Source of the DNA: Planctomycetota bacterium
GTDB taxonomy: Bacteria > Planctomycetota > UBA8108 > UBA1146 > JAJFFE01
Direction: 5' to 3'
Assembly (NCBI GenBank): GCA_046154185.1
Contig: JBJXGE010000003.1
Span: 21,144 to 85,143 of the forward strand
DNA length: 64,000 nucleotides
Made by a program: the position numbers and the translations under genes. Position 1 is the first letter of the stretch; every line of letters begins with the position of its first letter. A model generated the notes under the pieces. That model had not been told where the DNA came from and did no database searches. It worked only from the letters and a program-made list of their open reading frames with translations. Shown in pieces: positions 28,042 through 37,560 of this stretch.

Positions 28042-29165
28042 TGATCTGCGAGACCGTTGCCGAGCGACTGAGCGCGTATTTGGACCGCGAGCTCGATGCG
28101 CGCGAGCGCCTCGAACTCGATAGGCACCTCGACACCTGCGACGTTTGCCGGGCGGAGCACGAGGCCTTAGTTGCGCTGCGACATGCGACCGAGCAGCACT
28201 TTGCGCGACTCATCTCGTCGGCGTCGCGCGTCAGCGAGCCGGTTGCAACTCGTTGGTGTGAGCGGCGCGCGCGGAGCCCACGGCGCGCGCTCCGGTTCTT
28301 GAGCGGAATCGGCGCCGTCGCCGCCGCTGCCGCGATCGTCGTCATCACGCTCTACCCCGACTCACGGCTCGAGGGCAGCCCAGCGGAGCTGCTGCGCCGG
28401 GCAAGCGCGCGCTATCTCGCGCTCGCCGACGCGGAAGTGCGCCTCGTCGCCGAATCCGAAGCCCTGGAGGTATTGGGGAAATTGTTGGAGCGGAAACCGG
28501 CGAGCGAAGTCGGCGAGACCTCACCGGCCAGAGCCGGGGGTGACGACACGCCGAAAGCATTTCGAGTCATTCTCGGTGCGCCCAATCGTTTCTTGATCGA
28601 GCCGCTGGTCACGGGAGGCGTCGCGCTTCGCAGCGCCGATCTTTCGGGTTTTGATGGCCAAACGCTTTGGGAGTATCAACCGCAGCAGAATACCGTCGTC
28701 GTGCGCGGCGGTACCGAGCTACAAGCCGGCGGCTCGTTTGATCTCGGCTCCGCGGATTTCTTCGAGTTCCTCTCGTGGGGTTTCGTGCGCGAGATCAACA
28801 GTGCCGGCGACGATCTCGAAGTGATCGATGTCACGGGACCCTACGACCTGCGCGTCGGACGCCGCGTGTTTGAACTCGATCTTCGGCGCGGCGCCGCCGA
28901 GCGCGCGGCGGCGCCCGGTGCAGCGCCCGGCTGGCTCGCGATGCGGGTGCGAGTGTTTGTCGATCCGCGCGCGGACTTGATCGAGAAAGCCGTCTTCGAC
29001 GTCAACTTCGGCGGACTGAGTCTCGTGACGCTGCGCGCAGAACTGGTGTCGCTCGATTCAGGACTCGATCCGGCGGTATTCGATTTTCGGAGCCACGTGG
29101 GATCCGGAGTGCGAGTGGTGAGAGCCGACGACAAATCGGGCGCTCCGGCGCCCAAGCGCGAGTAA
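28041..29165 (+). CDS. Anti-sigma factor, zf-HC2 type, with periplasmic LolA-like/DUF4367-like domain
   Basis: ATG at 28041 overlaps the sigma stop (TGATG). N-terminus MICETVAERLSAYLDRELDARERLELDRHLDTCDVCRAEHEAL. TM segment FLSGIGAVAAAAAIVVITLY. Confidence 0.7.
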   Translation: MICETVAERLSAYLDRELDARERLELDRHLDTCDVCRAEHEALVALRHATEQHFARLISSASRVSEPVATRWCERRARSPRRALRFLSGIGAVAAAAAIVVITLYPDSRLEGSPAELLRRASARYLALADAEVRLVAESEALEVLGKLLERKPASEVGETSPARAGGDDTPKAFRVILGAPNRFLIEPLVTGGVALRSADLSGFDGQTLWEYQPQQNTVVVRGGTELQAGGSFDLGSADFFEFLSWGFVREINSAGDDLEVIDVTGPYDLRVGRRVFELDLRRGAAERAAAPGAAPGWLAMRVRVFVDPRADLIEKAVFDVNFGGLSLVTLRAELVSLDSGLDPAVFDFRSHVGSGVRVVRADDKSGAPAPKRE

Positions 29166-29191
29166 TACGGAAGGCTGACGAGGAGCAATCG

Positions 29192-30229
29192 ATGAGAACG
29201 CGGCGCATCAAGGTCTACATGTGGGGAATCACGGGGACATTTCTTGTCAGCCTGTTGACGGCGCGAACCGCCGGCGGGGACGAGTTCGCTCGTCTCGGGT
29301 CGGCGGAGCTCACGCAGATTCCGGTGGAGTTGCCGGTCGCAGGCGGTGTGCTCCACGGTGTCATCGATATGCCGAGCGGCAAGGGTCCATTCCCAATGGC
29401 GATCATCATCGCCGGCTCAGGCCCAACCGATCGCGACGGGAACCAGCCGAATCTCACGAACGACTGCCTCAAGCTGCTGGGGAGCGGCTTGGCGAAAAAG
29501 GGCATCGCGAGTCTCCGCTACGACAAGCGCGGCGTCGGCCTCAGCGCGGCGGCGGCGACTGCCGAGGAAGCCCTGCGCTTCGAGACGCTGGTCGCCGATG
29601 CTGCCGGCTGGCTGACGCTGTTGCGACAAGACCGCCGCTTCACACGCATCGCAGTCATCGGTCACAGCGAGGGATCGCTCATCGGCATGATGGCGGCAAG
29701 AGAGGCGCGGGCGCAGGCGTTTGTGTCGCTCGCCGGAGCGGGGCGTGGCGCGTCGGCGATTCTGCGCGAACAGCTCGAGCGCAATCTTGCGGGAGTTCCC
29801 GAGCTGCGCGCCGAGAGCGCGCGCATACTCGATGAACTCTGTGCGCGCCGGCGCGTCGCCAACGTGCCGCCGGAACTCGCCGCCGTGTTTCGGCCGAGTG
29901 TGCAGCCGTACTTGATCTCGTGGTTTCATTACGAGCCGACCGCCGAGCTTGCCAAACTGTCGACGCCGGTACTCATCGTGCAAGGGACAACCGATGCACA
30001 GGTGACCATTGACGACGCCGCACGCCTCGCCGCCGCTCGCAAGGGATCGCAACAGTTGGTGCTCGCGAACATGAACCACGTGTTGAAGCGCGCCGTCACA
30101 CCGGCGGAACAGAACGACTCCTACTCGAACCCGCGGCTTCCGGTCGACCCGCGACTCGTCGATGGGCTCGCGACCTTTCTGCTAAAGCACCTCGACGGCG
30201 GCCGCCGCGGCGTCGCACGCGCGGAATAG
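29192..30229 (+). CDS. Alpha/beta hydrolase fold protein (secreted esterase/lipase-like)
   Basis: GAGGAG SD. Signal/TM N-terminus. Nucleophile elbow GHSEGS. Downstream Asp/His-containing blocks. Confidence 0.75.
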   Translation: MRTRRIKVYMWGITGTFLVSLLTARTAGGDEFARLGSAELTQIPVELPVAGGVLHGVIDMPSGKGPFPMAIIIAGSGPTDRDGNQPNLTNDCLKLLGSGLAKKGIASLRYDKRGVGLSAAAATAEEALRFETLVADAAGWLTLLRQDRRFTRIAVIGHSEGSLIGMMAAREARAQAFVSLAGAGRGASAILREQLERNLAGVPELRAESARILDELCARRRVANVPPELAAVFRPSVQPYLISWFHYEPTAELAKLSTPVLIVQGTTDAQVTIDDAARLAAARKGSQQLVLANMNHVLKRAVTPAEQNDSYSNPRLPVDPRLVDGLATFLLKHLDGGRRGVARAE

Positions 30230-30341
30230 CAGCACTCGGGAAGTGGCGCGATCGCAGCGATTTCGTTCCATTTGCGATTCGCGCGAACGCGCGCCACTGC
30301 GTGCTCGATCGGAGACAACACACACCTCGGCCATTGGGGAG

Positions 30342-33300
30342 TTAAGGGGCCGGAGCTCCCGCTCCGTTGCGCTTCCACTTCCACTCCTCGACCGCGCAGA
30401 ACACGCACGGCACGATGAACAGGGTGATCAGGCTCACGGCCATCCCACCGACCGACGGGATCGCCATCGGCTGCATCACATCCGATCCGCGGCCAGTGGC
30501 CCAGAAGATGGGCATGAGACCGAAGACCGTGGTCGCGCTGGTCATGAGGCAGGGACGAATGCGTTTCAGACCCGCGTCGATAGTTGCCGCGCGGATCTCG
30601 GCGATGGATGCAAAGCGCCGATCCTTAAACGTTCCTTCCAAGTAGGTGGCGATGACGACACCGTCGTCGTCGACGACGCCGAAGAGAACCAGGAAGCCGA
30701 CCCACACAGCGACCGAGAGGTTCGCGCCCCACAATGCGAGCAAGACGAATCCGCCCGACGCCGAGACCAGCACGCCGAAGAAGATCACGGGGGCGATCCA
30801 CCAGCGCGTGAAGCCCAGATAGAGCATCACGAACATGATGGAGAGCGTGATCGGTACGAGAATCCGCATCCGCGCCGTCGCCCGGACCTGGTTCTCGAAC
30901 TGACCCGACCACTCCCAGTAGTAGCCCGCGGGGAGCTTCAGGCGTCCGTCCTCCACCGCCTGCTGGAGCAACGCTTCGGCGTCGTTGACGACCGATACCT
31001 CGTCACGGTCGCGGGTGTTCATGGTGACGTAGCCGACCAAAAGGCCGCGCTCGCCCTTGATCTCCTGGGGTCCCAAGACGGTGGTGATGGTGGCGAGCTG
31101 GGCGAGGGGCACTTGCGCACTCGTAGAGGTCGGCACGCTGATCCGCTGAATGGCTTCGGTGTCCTCGCGGAAATCGCGGGCAAGACGGATGCGGATCGGA
31201 TAGCGCTCCCGACCCTCGACCGACTCCATCAGGTTCATGCCGCCGAGCGCCATCTCGATGACATTTTGCACGTCGCGGATGTTGACGCCGTAGCGGCCGA
31301 TGCGGTCGCGGTCGATGTCGATCTGGATGTAAGGTTTGCCGACGATGCGGTCGGCGACGATGTCCGTCGCGCCAGGCACCTCGCGCAGGAGTTGCTCGAT
31401 CTGGAGGCCGATGCGCTCGATTTCGCGCAGGTCGGAGCCGAAGATCTTGACTCCCATCATCGCGCGGAAACCGGTCTGGAGCATGACCAGCCTCGTCTGG
31501 ATGGGCTGCAAGAAGGTCGGCAGCACTCCGGGGATGGCGGTTTTCTCCTGGAGCTCCGCGAGGATCTCGCCCTTGGTGATGCGACGTTCCTCGGACCAGA
31601 CCCAGGAGAGCGGCGTGCGGAGGAAGACGGGCCAGTCGGAGAAGAAGCGCTCGACCCTCGTTGTGCGCCATTCGTTTTCGGGCTTCAAGATGACGATGCT
31701 CTCCATCATTCCGATGGGTGCCGGGTCGAGAGCCGACTCGGCACGGCCGATCTTGCCCACGACCGACTCGACCTCGGGAACACTGGCGATGGCGAGATCC
31801 TGAGTGCTGTTCACCTGAATCGCCTGCGAGAGCGAGCCCTGCGGCAAGAGCGAGGGCATGTAGAGGAACGAGCCTTCGTCCAGCGGAGGCATGAACTCGC
31901 GGCCGATGCCGGGCAGGATGCGTCCTTCGCGGACGACGGTCGTGCCGGACGCGATCTCGGTGTCGCGCTCCTTCGGATCGGGTCGACGCCACGCGATGCG
32001 GAAGCGTTCATCGCCGTCTTTCTCACGCAAGCGTTCCCAGCGGAGTTGGTCGAACTCGACGAGTGGACGCTTGACGTCTTCGTCCGGCCGGGCGTGCATG
32101 AGGCGCTTCAGTTCGGCCGATGCTGGTGCGTGAGCAAAGAGGTTGATAGTGGCCTCGATCGGATACAGGGTCTTGCCCACACCGAGCCAGACGCTCAGGC
32201 CGATGAAGAGGATTGTCACGGGAGCAATCAGGAAGGCCTTCTTGTGCCCCAAGATCCACGAGAGCGTTGGGACGTAGGCTCTTGCGACCAGACGCGAAAC
32301 GCGATTCTCTTCGAGTGGCAGGAAGCGTTCGCGAGTCATCCGGACGACACACAGCGCGACTCCCACACCGACGGCCGCTGAGATCAGCCAGCCCTCGTCA
32401 TGTCCTTTGGCGAGGCCCCACATGAAGGCTGCATGGGTCGCGAGCATGGCGAGGACGCCGATGCCGATCGCCATTAAGGCCGTTACTTGCGCGCGCCACT
32501 TCACGGGCCGGAACAGCAAGTAGCACAAAAACGGGACCACGGTGATCGCGAGGACCACCGAGGAGCCGATGGCGAACGTCTTCGTGAACGCCAGCGGCTG
32601 GAACATCTTCCCTTCCTGGTCGGTGAGGAAGAAGACCGGGATGAAAGACACGATCGTGTTCGAGACGGCGGTGATGATGGCACCCCCGACCTCGGTCGCG
32701 CCTTCGTAGACGATTCCGAAGTGGCCCTTCTCTCGCTTCTCCTGCTCGGTGGCCGAGGCGATGCGGCGGTAGATATTCTCCGACATGATGATGCCCATGT
32801 CGGCCACGTCGCCGATCGCGATGGCCAGGCCCGCCAGTGACATGATGTTGCTGTCGACGCCGAACTGGTGCATCAAGATGAAGGTGAGGGCCACGGTCAG
32901 CGGAAGCGTGGCGAGAACTGTCACCGTCGTGCGCAGATGCAACAGGAAGAACAGGATCACGAGGCTCGCAAGCAGCGCCTCCTCGCCCAGGGCTTCCTTC
33001 AGCGTGTCGATCGTCTCGTCGACGATGGTCGTACGGTCGTAGAAGGGGACGATTCGGACCCGCGACTCGCGACCGTCGGCGAGGGTCTTGCTCGGCAGGC
33101 CGAGCTCGAGCTGCGTGATCTTGCTCTTGACCCGCTCCATCACCGCGCGCGGGTTCTCGCCGTAGCGCATGAGCACCACGCCGCCGACGGCCTCAACGCC
33201 GGCCTTGTCCAGAGCACCGCGCCGGAAGTCAGGGCCCAGTTGCACCGTCGCGACGTTGCGCAACGTGAGCGGCGTGCCACCCTGCTCGCGGATCACGACG

Positions 33301-34028
33301 CGCTCGAGGTCTTCGAGCGTCTTGATGAACCCGACGCCGCGGATGAAGAACTCGACACCGTTGTTTTCGACGACCTTGGCCCCGACGTCGATGTTGCTCT
33401 TGCTCACGGCCTCGTACACGTCCATGAGCGTGACGCGATGTGCGCGAAGCCTGTCGGGATGGATGTCGATCTGATACTGCTTGACGAAGCCGCCGATGCT
33501 AGCCACCTCGCTCACGCCCTCGACGGAATTAAGCTGGTAGCGCACGTACCAGTCCTGGATCGAGCGCAGCTCGGCGAGGTCGAAGCCCTCACCCTCCACC
33601 GTGTACCAGTAGATCTGGCCTAGCGCGGTCGCATCTGGCCCGAGCACCGGCATGACGCCCATCGGGAGTCGCTGCTGGGCGACGTTCATCCGCTCCAGGA
33701 CCCGCGAGCGGGCCCAGTAGTAGTCGACGTCGTCCTTGAAGATGACGAAAACCATCGAGAAGCCGAAGCCCGACATCGAGCGGATGGCCTTCACGCCAGG
33801 CGTGCCCGTCAGGCTCGTCGTGAGCGGGAATGTGACCTGGTCGTCGACGTCCTGCGGACTGCGTCCAGGCCAGTCGGCGTAGACGATGACCTGCTTTTCA
33901 CCGATGTCGGGGATTGCATCCACCGGCGAGCGCACGATGGCGAAGTAGCCTCCCCCGCACAGCCCGGCCACGATGAGCGCCATCAAGAAGGGGTTCTTGA
34001 GGCACCAGCGGATGACGGCGTTGACCAT
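30342..34028 (-). CDS. Heavy-metal efflux RND pump, CusA/CzcA family (1228 aa, longer than usual)
   Basis: ATG at 34028 with GAGGGA SD. Starts MVNAVIRWCLKNPFLMALIVAGLCGGGYFAIVRSPVDAIPDIGEKQVIVYADWPG. 12 TM helices. MPPLDEGSFLYMPS-type motif. Confidence 0.9.
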   Translation of the reverse strand: MVNAVIRWCLKNPFLMALIVAGLCGGGYFAIVRSPVDAIPDIGEKQVIVYADWPGRSPQDVDDQVTFPLTTSLTGTPGVKAIRSMSGFGFSMVFVIFKDDVDYYWARSRVLERMNVAQQRLPMGVMPVLGPDATALGQIYWYTVEGEGFDLAELRSIQDWYVRYQLNSVEGVSEVASIGGFVKQYQIDIHPDRLRAHRVTLMDVYEAVSKSNIDVGAKVVENNGVEFFIRGVGFIKTLEDLERVVIREQGGTPLTLRNVATVQLGPDFRRGALDKAGVEAVGGVVLMRYGENPRAVMERVKSKITQLELGLPSKTLADGRESRVRIVPFYDRTTIVDETIDTLKEALGEEALLASLVILFFLLHLRTTVTVLATLPLTVALTFILMHQFGVDSNIMSLAGLAIAIGDVADMGIIMSENIYRRIASATEQEKREKGHFGIVYEGATEVGGAIITAVSNTIVSFIPVFFLTDQEGKMFQPLAFTKTFAIGSSVVLAITVVPFLCYLLFRPVKWRAQVTALMAIGIGVLAMLATHAAFMWGLAKGHDEGWLISAAVGVGVALCVVRMTRERFLPLEENRVSRLVARAYVPTLSWILGHKKAFLIAPVTILFIGLSVWLGVGKTLYPIEATINLFAHAPASAELKRLMHARPDEDVKRPLVEFDQLRWERLREKDGDERFRIAWRRPDPKERDTEIASGTTVVREGRILPGIGREFMPPLDEGSFLYMPSLLPQGSLSQAIQVNSTQDLAIASVPEVESVVGKIGRAESALDPAPIGMMESIVILKPENEWRTTRVERFFSDWPVFLRTPLSWVWSEERRITKGEILAELQEKTAIPGVLPTFLQPIQTRLVMLQTGFRAMMGVKIFGSDLREIERIGLQIEQLLREVPGATDIVADRIVGKPYIQIDIDRDRIGRYGVNIRDVQNVIEMALGGMNLMESVEGRERYPIRIRLARDFREDTEAIQRISVPTSTSAQVPLAQLATITTVLGPQEIKGERGLLVGYVTMNTRDRDEVSVVNDAEALLQQAVEDGRLKLPAGYYWEWSGQFENQVRATARMRILVPITLSIMFVMLYLGFTRWWIAPVIFFGVLVSASGGFVLLALWGANLSVAVWVGFLVLFGVVDDDGVVIATYLEGTFKDRRFASIAEIRAATIDAGLKRIRPCLMTSATTVFGLMPIFWATGRGSDVMQPMAIPSVGGMAVSLITLFIVPCVFCAVEEWKWKRNGAGAPAP

Positions 34029-34044
34029 TGTGAATCCCTCGCCC

Positions 34045-35649
34045 TCAGTGCTTGTGTTGACTGGCGCCGCTGGGAGGCGTCGTGGGACTCTTCGATGGCT
34101 CCTTGGAAGCGGGCGAGGTCGACCCATCGTGCTGATGGCCAGTCGAGCCGCCCATGAGCCCGCCGGGGTAGAACAGGCTCGGATGCCCGGTGATCTGGAA
34201 CTGGCTGTCGATCAGGAATCCGCCACGAGTCACCACGTGCTCGCCGTCATCGAGCCCGTCGAGCACTGGAAAGAACGCTCCTGTGCGTGGTCCCAGAATG
34301 ACCTCCCGCGGTTCGAACAACCCGCGAGACTTCTCGACGTAGACGAGTCTCCGCGTTCCGCTGTCGAGCACCGCGGTCGCCGGTACGGAGAGCAGCCCGG
34401 GACCGGCAGGGGTCGGCGGCGCCACGAGCTCGAGCTTCATGTTGCAGACCGGGCAGTTTCCTGGTGCGGCAGAGGTCTTCGCGTTCTCGCACTTCATCGG
34501 GCACGCATATTCCGCAACGGCTGGAGGGGCCGGTTCCAGCCCTGGGATTTGCTCGAGCCGCATTTCGCAGATCGGGCACTCGCCCACCTTGTCACGCAGC
34601 ACTTGTGGGTGCATCGGGCAAGAGAACTTGCCTTCGACGCCCGTTGGCGCGGCGCGCCCATCACTTGCCAGGGCTGAGCGGACCACTGCGCTCACGAACA
34701 TGCCCGGCTTCAGCGTGTGGTCCTTGTTTTCCACGTGGACCGGCACTCGGATGGTGCGCGTCTCTTCCGTCACGATTGGCTGCACGAAGGTGACGAGCCC
34801 CTCGAATACGCGCCCCGGGAGGGCTTCCGCGACCAGGTCGACGCGCTGCCCATAGCGGACCCACGCCAGGTCGTATTCGTAGATGTCGAGGTACACCCAC
34901 ACGGTGTCGAGGTTGGCGATGCGATACAGCACGTCGCCGGTCATGAACGCGCTGTTCTCGAAGATCGACTTCTCGATGACCGTACCCTGGATGGGCGAGT
35001 ACAGCGTGACTCGGTCGGCGATTTGCTTCTTCTCGACCAACGCGGCGATCTGTTCCTCGGTGAGGCCCCAGCGCCGCAGCTTGAGTTTGGCCGTCTTCAC
35101 CAGCGGCTCGTTCTCGGCGTCCGCGCCGCCCTGGAGGGCGATCAAGAGCTCCTGCTGGGCGACGATCAGATCGGGGCTGTAGACCTCCGCCAGGTGATCG
35201 CCGGACTTGATCTCGACGCCAGTGAAGGTCACGAACAAGCGTTCAGCGTAGCCATCGACTCGCGCTGTGACTGTCGCGAGCGAGGACTCGTTGTATTCGA
35301 TTTTGCCGACCGCTCGTAGCTCCCGGGAGAGTTCCCGCCGGGTCACCGGCGTCGTTTCCACGGATGCCATCGCGAGAGCGTGGTCGGAGAGTTGGAGCAT
35401 CGGCTCTCCGCTCGACCCCGTCTCCGCAGCACTCGCGGGGATGAGGGGCATCTCGCAGATAGGGCACTTCCCGGGGCGGTCCAAGCGGACCTGCGGATGC
35501 ATCGAGCACGTGTAGACCTGTTGCGCTGCGGACGGAGCAGCTGCATCGGTCGAGGCGGACTCAGGCCGGTGAGTCGAGCGGCCGAGCATGAAACCGCCGG
35601 CGGCGGCGGCCACGACGACCAGCGCGATGAAGATGCAATTCCGGTTCAT
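34045..35649 (-). CDS. Efflux RND adaptor subunit, CusB-like, with three N-terminal C-x-MHPQV/CPMK metal-binding motifs
   Basis: ATG at 35649 with GAGGAG SD. Motifs YTCSMHPQVRLDRPGKCPICEMPL, FSCPMHPQVLRDKVGECPICEMRL, YACPMKCENAK..NCPVCNMKL. ATGA overlap with the upstream OMF. The track ORF start at 36237 is an artefactual extension. Confidence 0.85.
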   Translation of the reverse strand: MNRNCIFIALVVVAAAAGGFMLGRSTHRPESASTDAAAPSAAQQVYTCSMHPQVRLDRPGKCPICEMPLIPASAAETGSSGEPMLQLSDHALAMASVETTPVTRRELSRELRAVGKIEYNESSLATVTARVDGYAERLFVTFTGVEIKSGDHLAEVYSPDLIVAQQELLIALQGGADAENEPLVKTAKLKLRRWGLTEEQIAALVEKKQIADRVTLYSPIQGTVIEKSIFENSAFMTGDVLYRIANLDTVWVYLDIYEYDLAWVRYGQRVDLVAEALPGRVFEGLVTFVQPIVTEETRTIRVPVHVENKDHTLKPGMFVSAVVRSALASDGRAAPTGVEGKFSCPMHPQVLRDKVGECPICEMRLEQIPGLEPAPPAVAEYACPMKCENAKTSAAPGNCPVCNMKLELVAPPTPAGPGLLSVPATAVLDSGTRRLVYVEKSRGLFEPREVILGPRTGAFFPVLDGLDDGEHVVTRGGFLIDSQFQITGHPSLFYPGGLMGGSTGHQHDGSTSPASKEPSKSPTTPPSGASQHKH

Positions 35650-37064
35650 GGAAGCGTCTCCTCGGGACGGCTCGCGCCCCCTTCGAGGGTTGGTGCACCG
35701 GCGGGCGGAACGCCGGCGATGGCCAGCGACAGGGATGCGAGCGCCAGCTCGCGCTGCGTGCGAGCCTCGATGCCCGCAAGCTCGAACTCCAGTAGAGTAC
35801 GCTGGGCGTCGATGACGTCGAGGAAGCCGGCGCGGCCGTGCACGTAGCCCGCGCGCGCGGCATCGAGCGACTGCTTGGCCTTGGGCACGAGCTTGTCCCG
35901 CAGCAGGGCGTCGTTGCGGACGGACTCGCGGTACATGAAGAGCATGGAGGCGAGCTCGGCCGCGACTTGCACCTGTTCTGCGTTGAGGCGGGCTTGCGCG
36001 GCACGCTTGCCAGCCTGCGCGCCCGCGATCTGCGCGGCAATCTTGTCGCGCCAGATGGGTAGGCTCATTCCGGCCGAAGGTCTGAACATGGTTGGATCCG
36101 CCTTGACGTCTACCTCGAGGCCGAGGGAGAAGTCGGGAACGCCTGACTTGCGTGCGAGCCGCAGCGACGCCTCGGCTCGCTGCACGTCCTCTTTCATTCC
36201 CCGAAGGCTCGGGTTCCGGTTGAGGGCAGTGGACCACAAGTCCTCGGGCCGAGGATCTCCAGTGGAAGGCTCGAATGTCGAGGGGAGCGGCGGATCCGCG
36301 TCATCCGGGCCGAGGCCGAGCGCCGCCTTCATCTCCGCGACGAGCGCGCTTCGAGAGTCCTCCAGGTTCGTGATCTGGGTCTCGACTTGGTCGCGGGCGA
36401 TCTGCGCGCGGAGGACATCCTGCAGCGTCACCCTCCCCGCGGCGTTCTGCTGTTGCGCGAGCTGTTCGAGATCCGTGAGGAGCCCGAGCGTCTCGCTCTC
36501 AACTCGGATCGTCTCCTCGAGGAAGTGCAGCCTGTAGTAGGCCGTCTTGACGGCCAACGCGGTTCGGAGGATTTCACGCTCGAAGCCGTAGTAGGCGACG
36601 CGGCTCTCGGCCGCCATCACAGCGCCCGCCGCACGGAGCTTTCCGGGACCGGGCAGATCGACCATGAGCCCTGGCATGAGCGACATGACCGTGTCGGTGA
36701 TGTCGCTCTCGAAGGTGAGCCTCGGGTCGGGCAACGAGCGGGCGGACGTGATGCCTTCGACTGCCGCCACCCAGTCGTAGTACGCTGCTTCCACGCGTGG
36801 GCTGTTCAGCAGCGCAAGCCGCAGGTAGTCGGCCAGGGGCGATGCGGCGTTAAGTTCCGGGAGCTCGGGCCTCGCATCCTCGGGGCGGTAGCGCTTCGAG
36901 ACATCGTCCACGTCGGAACGGGCCGCTCGCTCCGAGGGCGTGGAAGTCCCAACGCAACCGACGGCCCCGATCCATGCCGCGAAGCCAACGAGTGCATAGG
37001 AGAGCGACACTCGACACGAATGGGGGAGGCGTCGAGGGCGGTGATGGCGACGGAGTGAAAACAC
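35646..37064 (-). CDS. TolC-family outer membrane efflux protein, lipoprotein
   Basis: OEP repeats. Lipobox AWIGAVGC. Start uncertain: GTG at 37064 gives VFSLRRHHRPRRLPHSCRVSLSYALVGFAAWIGAVGC. Track start 37172. Confidence 0.75.
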   Translation of the reverse strand: MFSLRRHHRPRRLPHSCRVSLSYALVGFAAWIGAVGCVGTSTPSERAARSDVDDVSKRYRPEDARPELPELNAASPLADYLRLALLNSPRVEAAYYDWVAAVEGITSARSLPDPRLTFESDITDTVMSLMPGLMVDLPGPGKLRAAGAVMAAESRVAYYGFEREILRTALAVKTAYYRLHFLEETIRVESETLGLLTDLEQLAQQQNAAGRVTLQDVLRAQIARDQVETQITNLEDSRSALVAEMKAALGLGPDDADPPLPSTFEPSTGDPRPEDLWSTALNRNPSLRGMKEDVQRAEASLRLARKSGVPDFSLGLEVDVKADPTMFRPSAGMSLPIWRDKIAAQIAGAQAGKRAAQARLNAEQVQVAAELASMLFMYRESVRNDALLRDKLVPKAKQSLDAARAGYVHGRAGFLDVIDAQRTLLEFELAGIEARTQRELALASLSLAIAGVPPAGAPTLEGGASRPEETLP

Positions 37065-37560
37065 GTCGACCTTGTCGTGGTTCGATTCCTGATCCTGACA
37101 CCGCGGCGCTTTTTGCAACTTGCCTGAGCCCAGCCGAGCCGCCCTCAGCTGGCGTGATCGCCGAGCGTACACTCAGCCATGTCGCGAGCTACCGTCTAAC
37201 GCCGAGTGCCAACCGAAAGTGCCCGCGCGCGGGAATCTAAGAATAACCGATTCGCCTCGCCTTCCGCTGGCGATCCATGGCGTAAGAAAAAATCGGGTAC
37301 GCCAGCGCCATTCAGCTCGCCGATTTGACAGCAATTGACCGGATAAAAGGAACCGCAAACTAATCCAGCGGCAATCGGCGAAACAAGCCTGCCGATTGGT
37401 CTTCGTTCCCGTTCATTCCTAGTCCGACTGCTAGGCCGCATTCAAGTCCATTGTGACGGGTCACTGATGTGACTATGCTTTCGCTCGTCAAGTATTCCGT
37501 TGCTTCTTGCCGTTCAGAACGAAATGGGTCGGCATGCTGCAAATCGCTGGAGCAGATACG

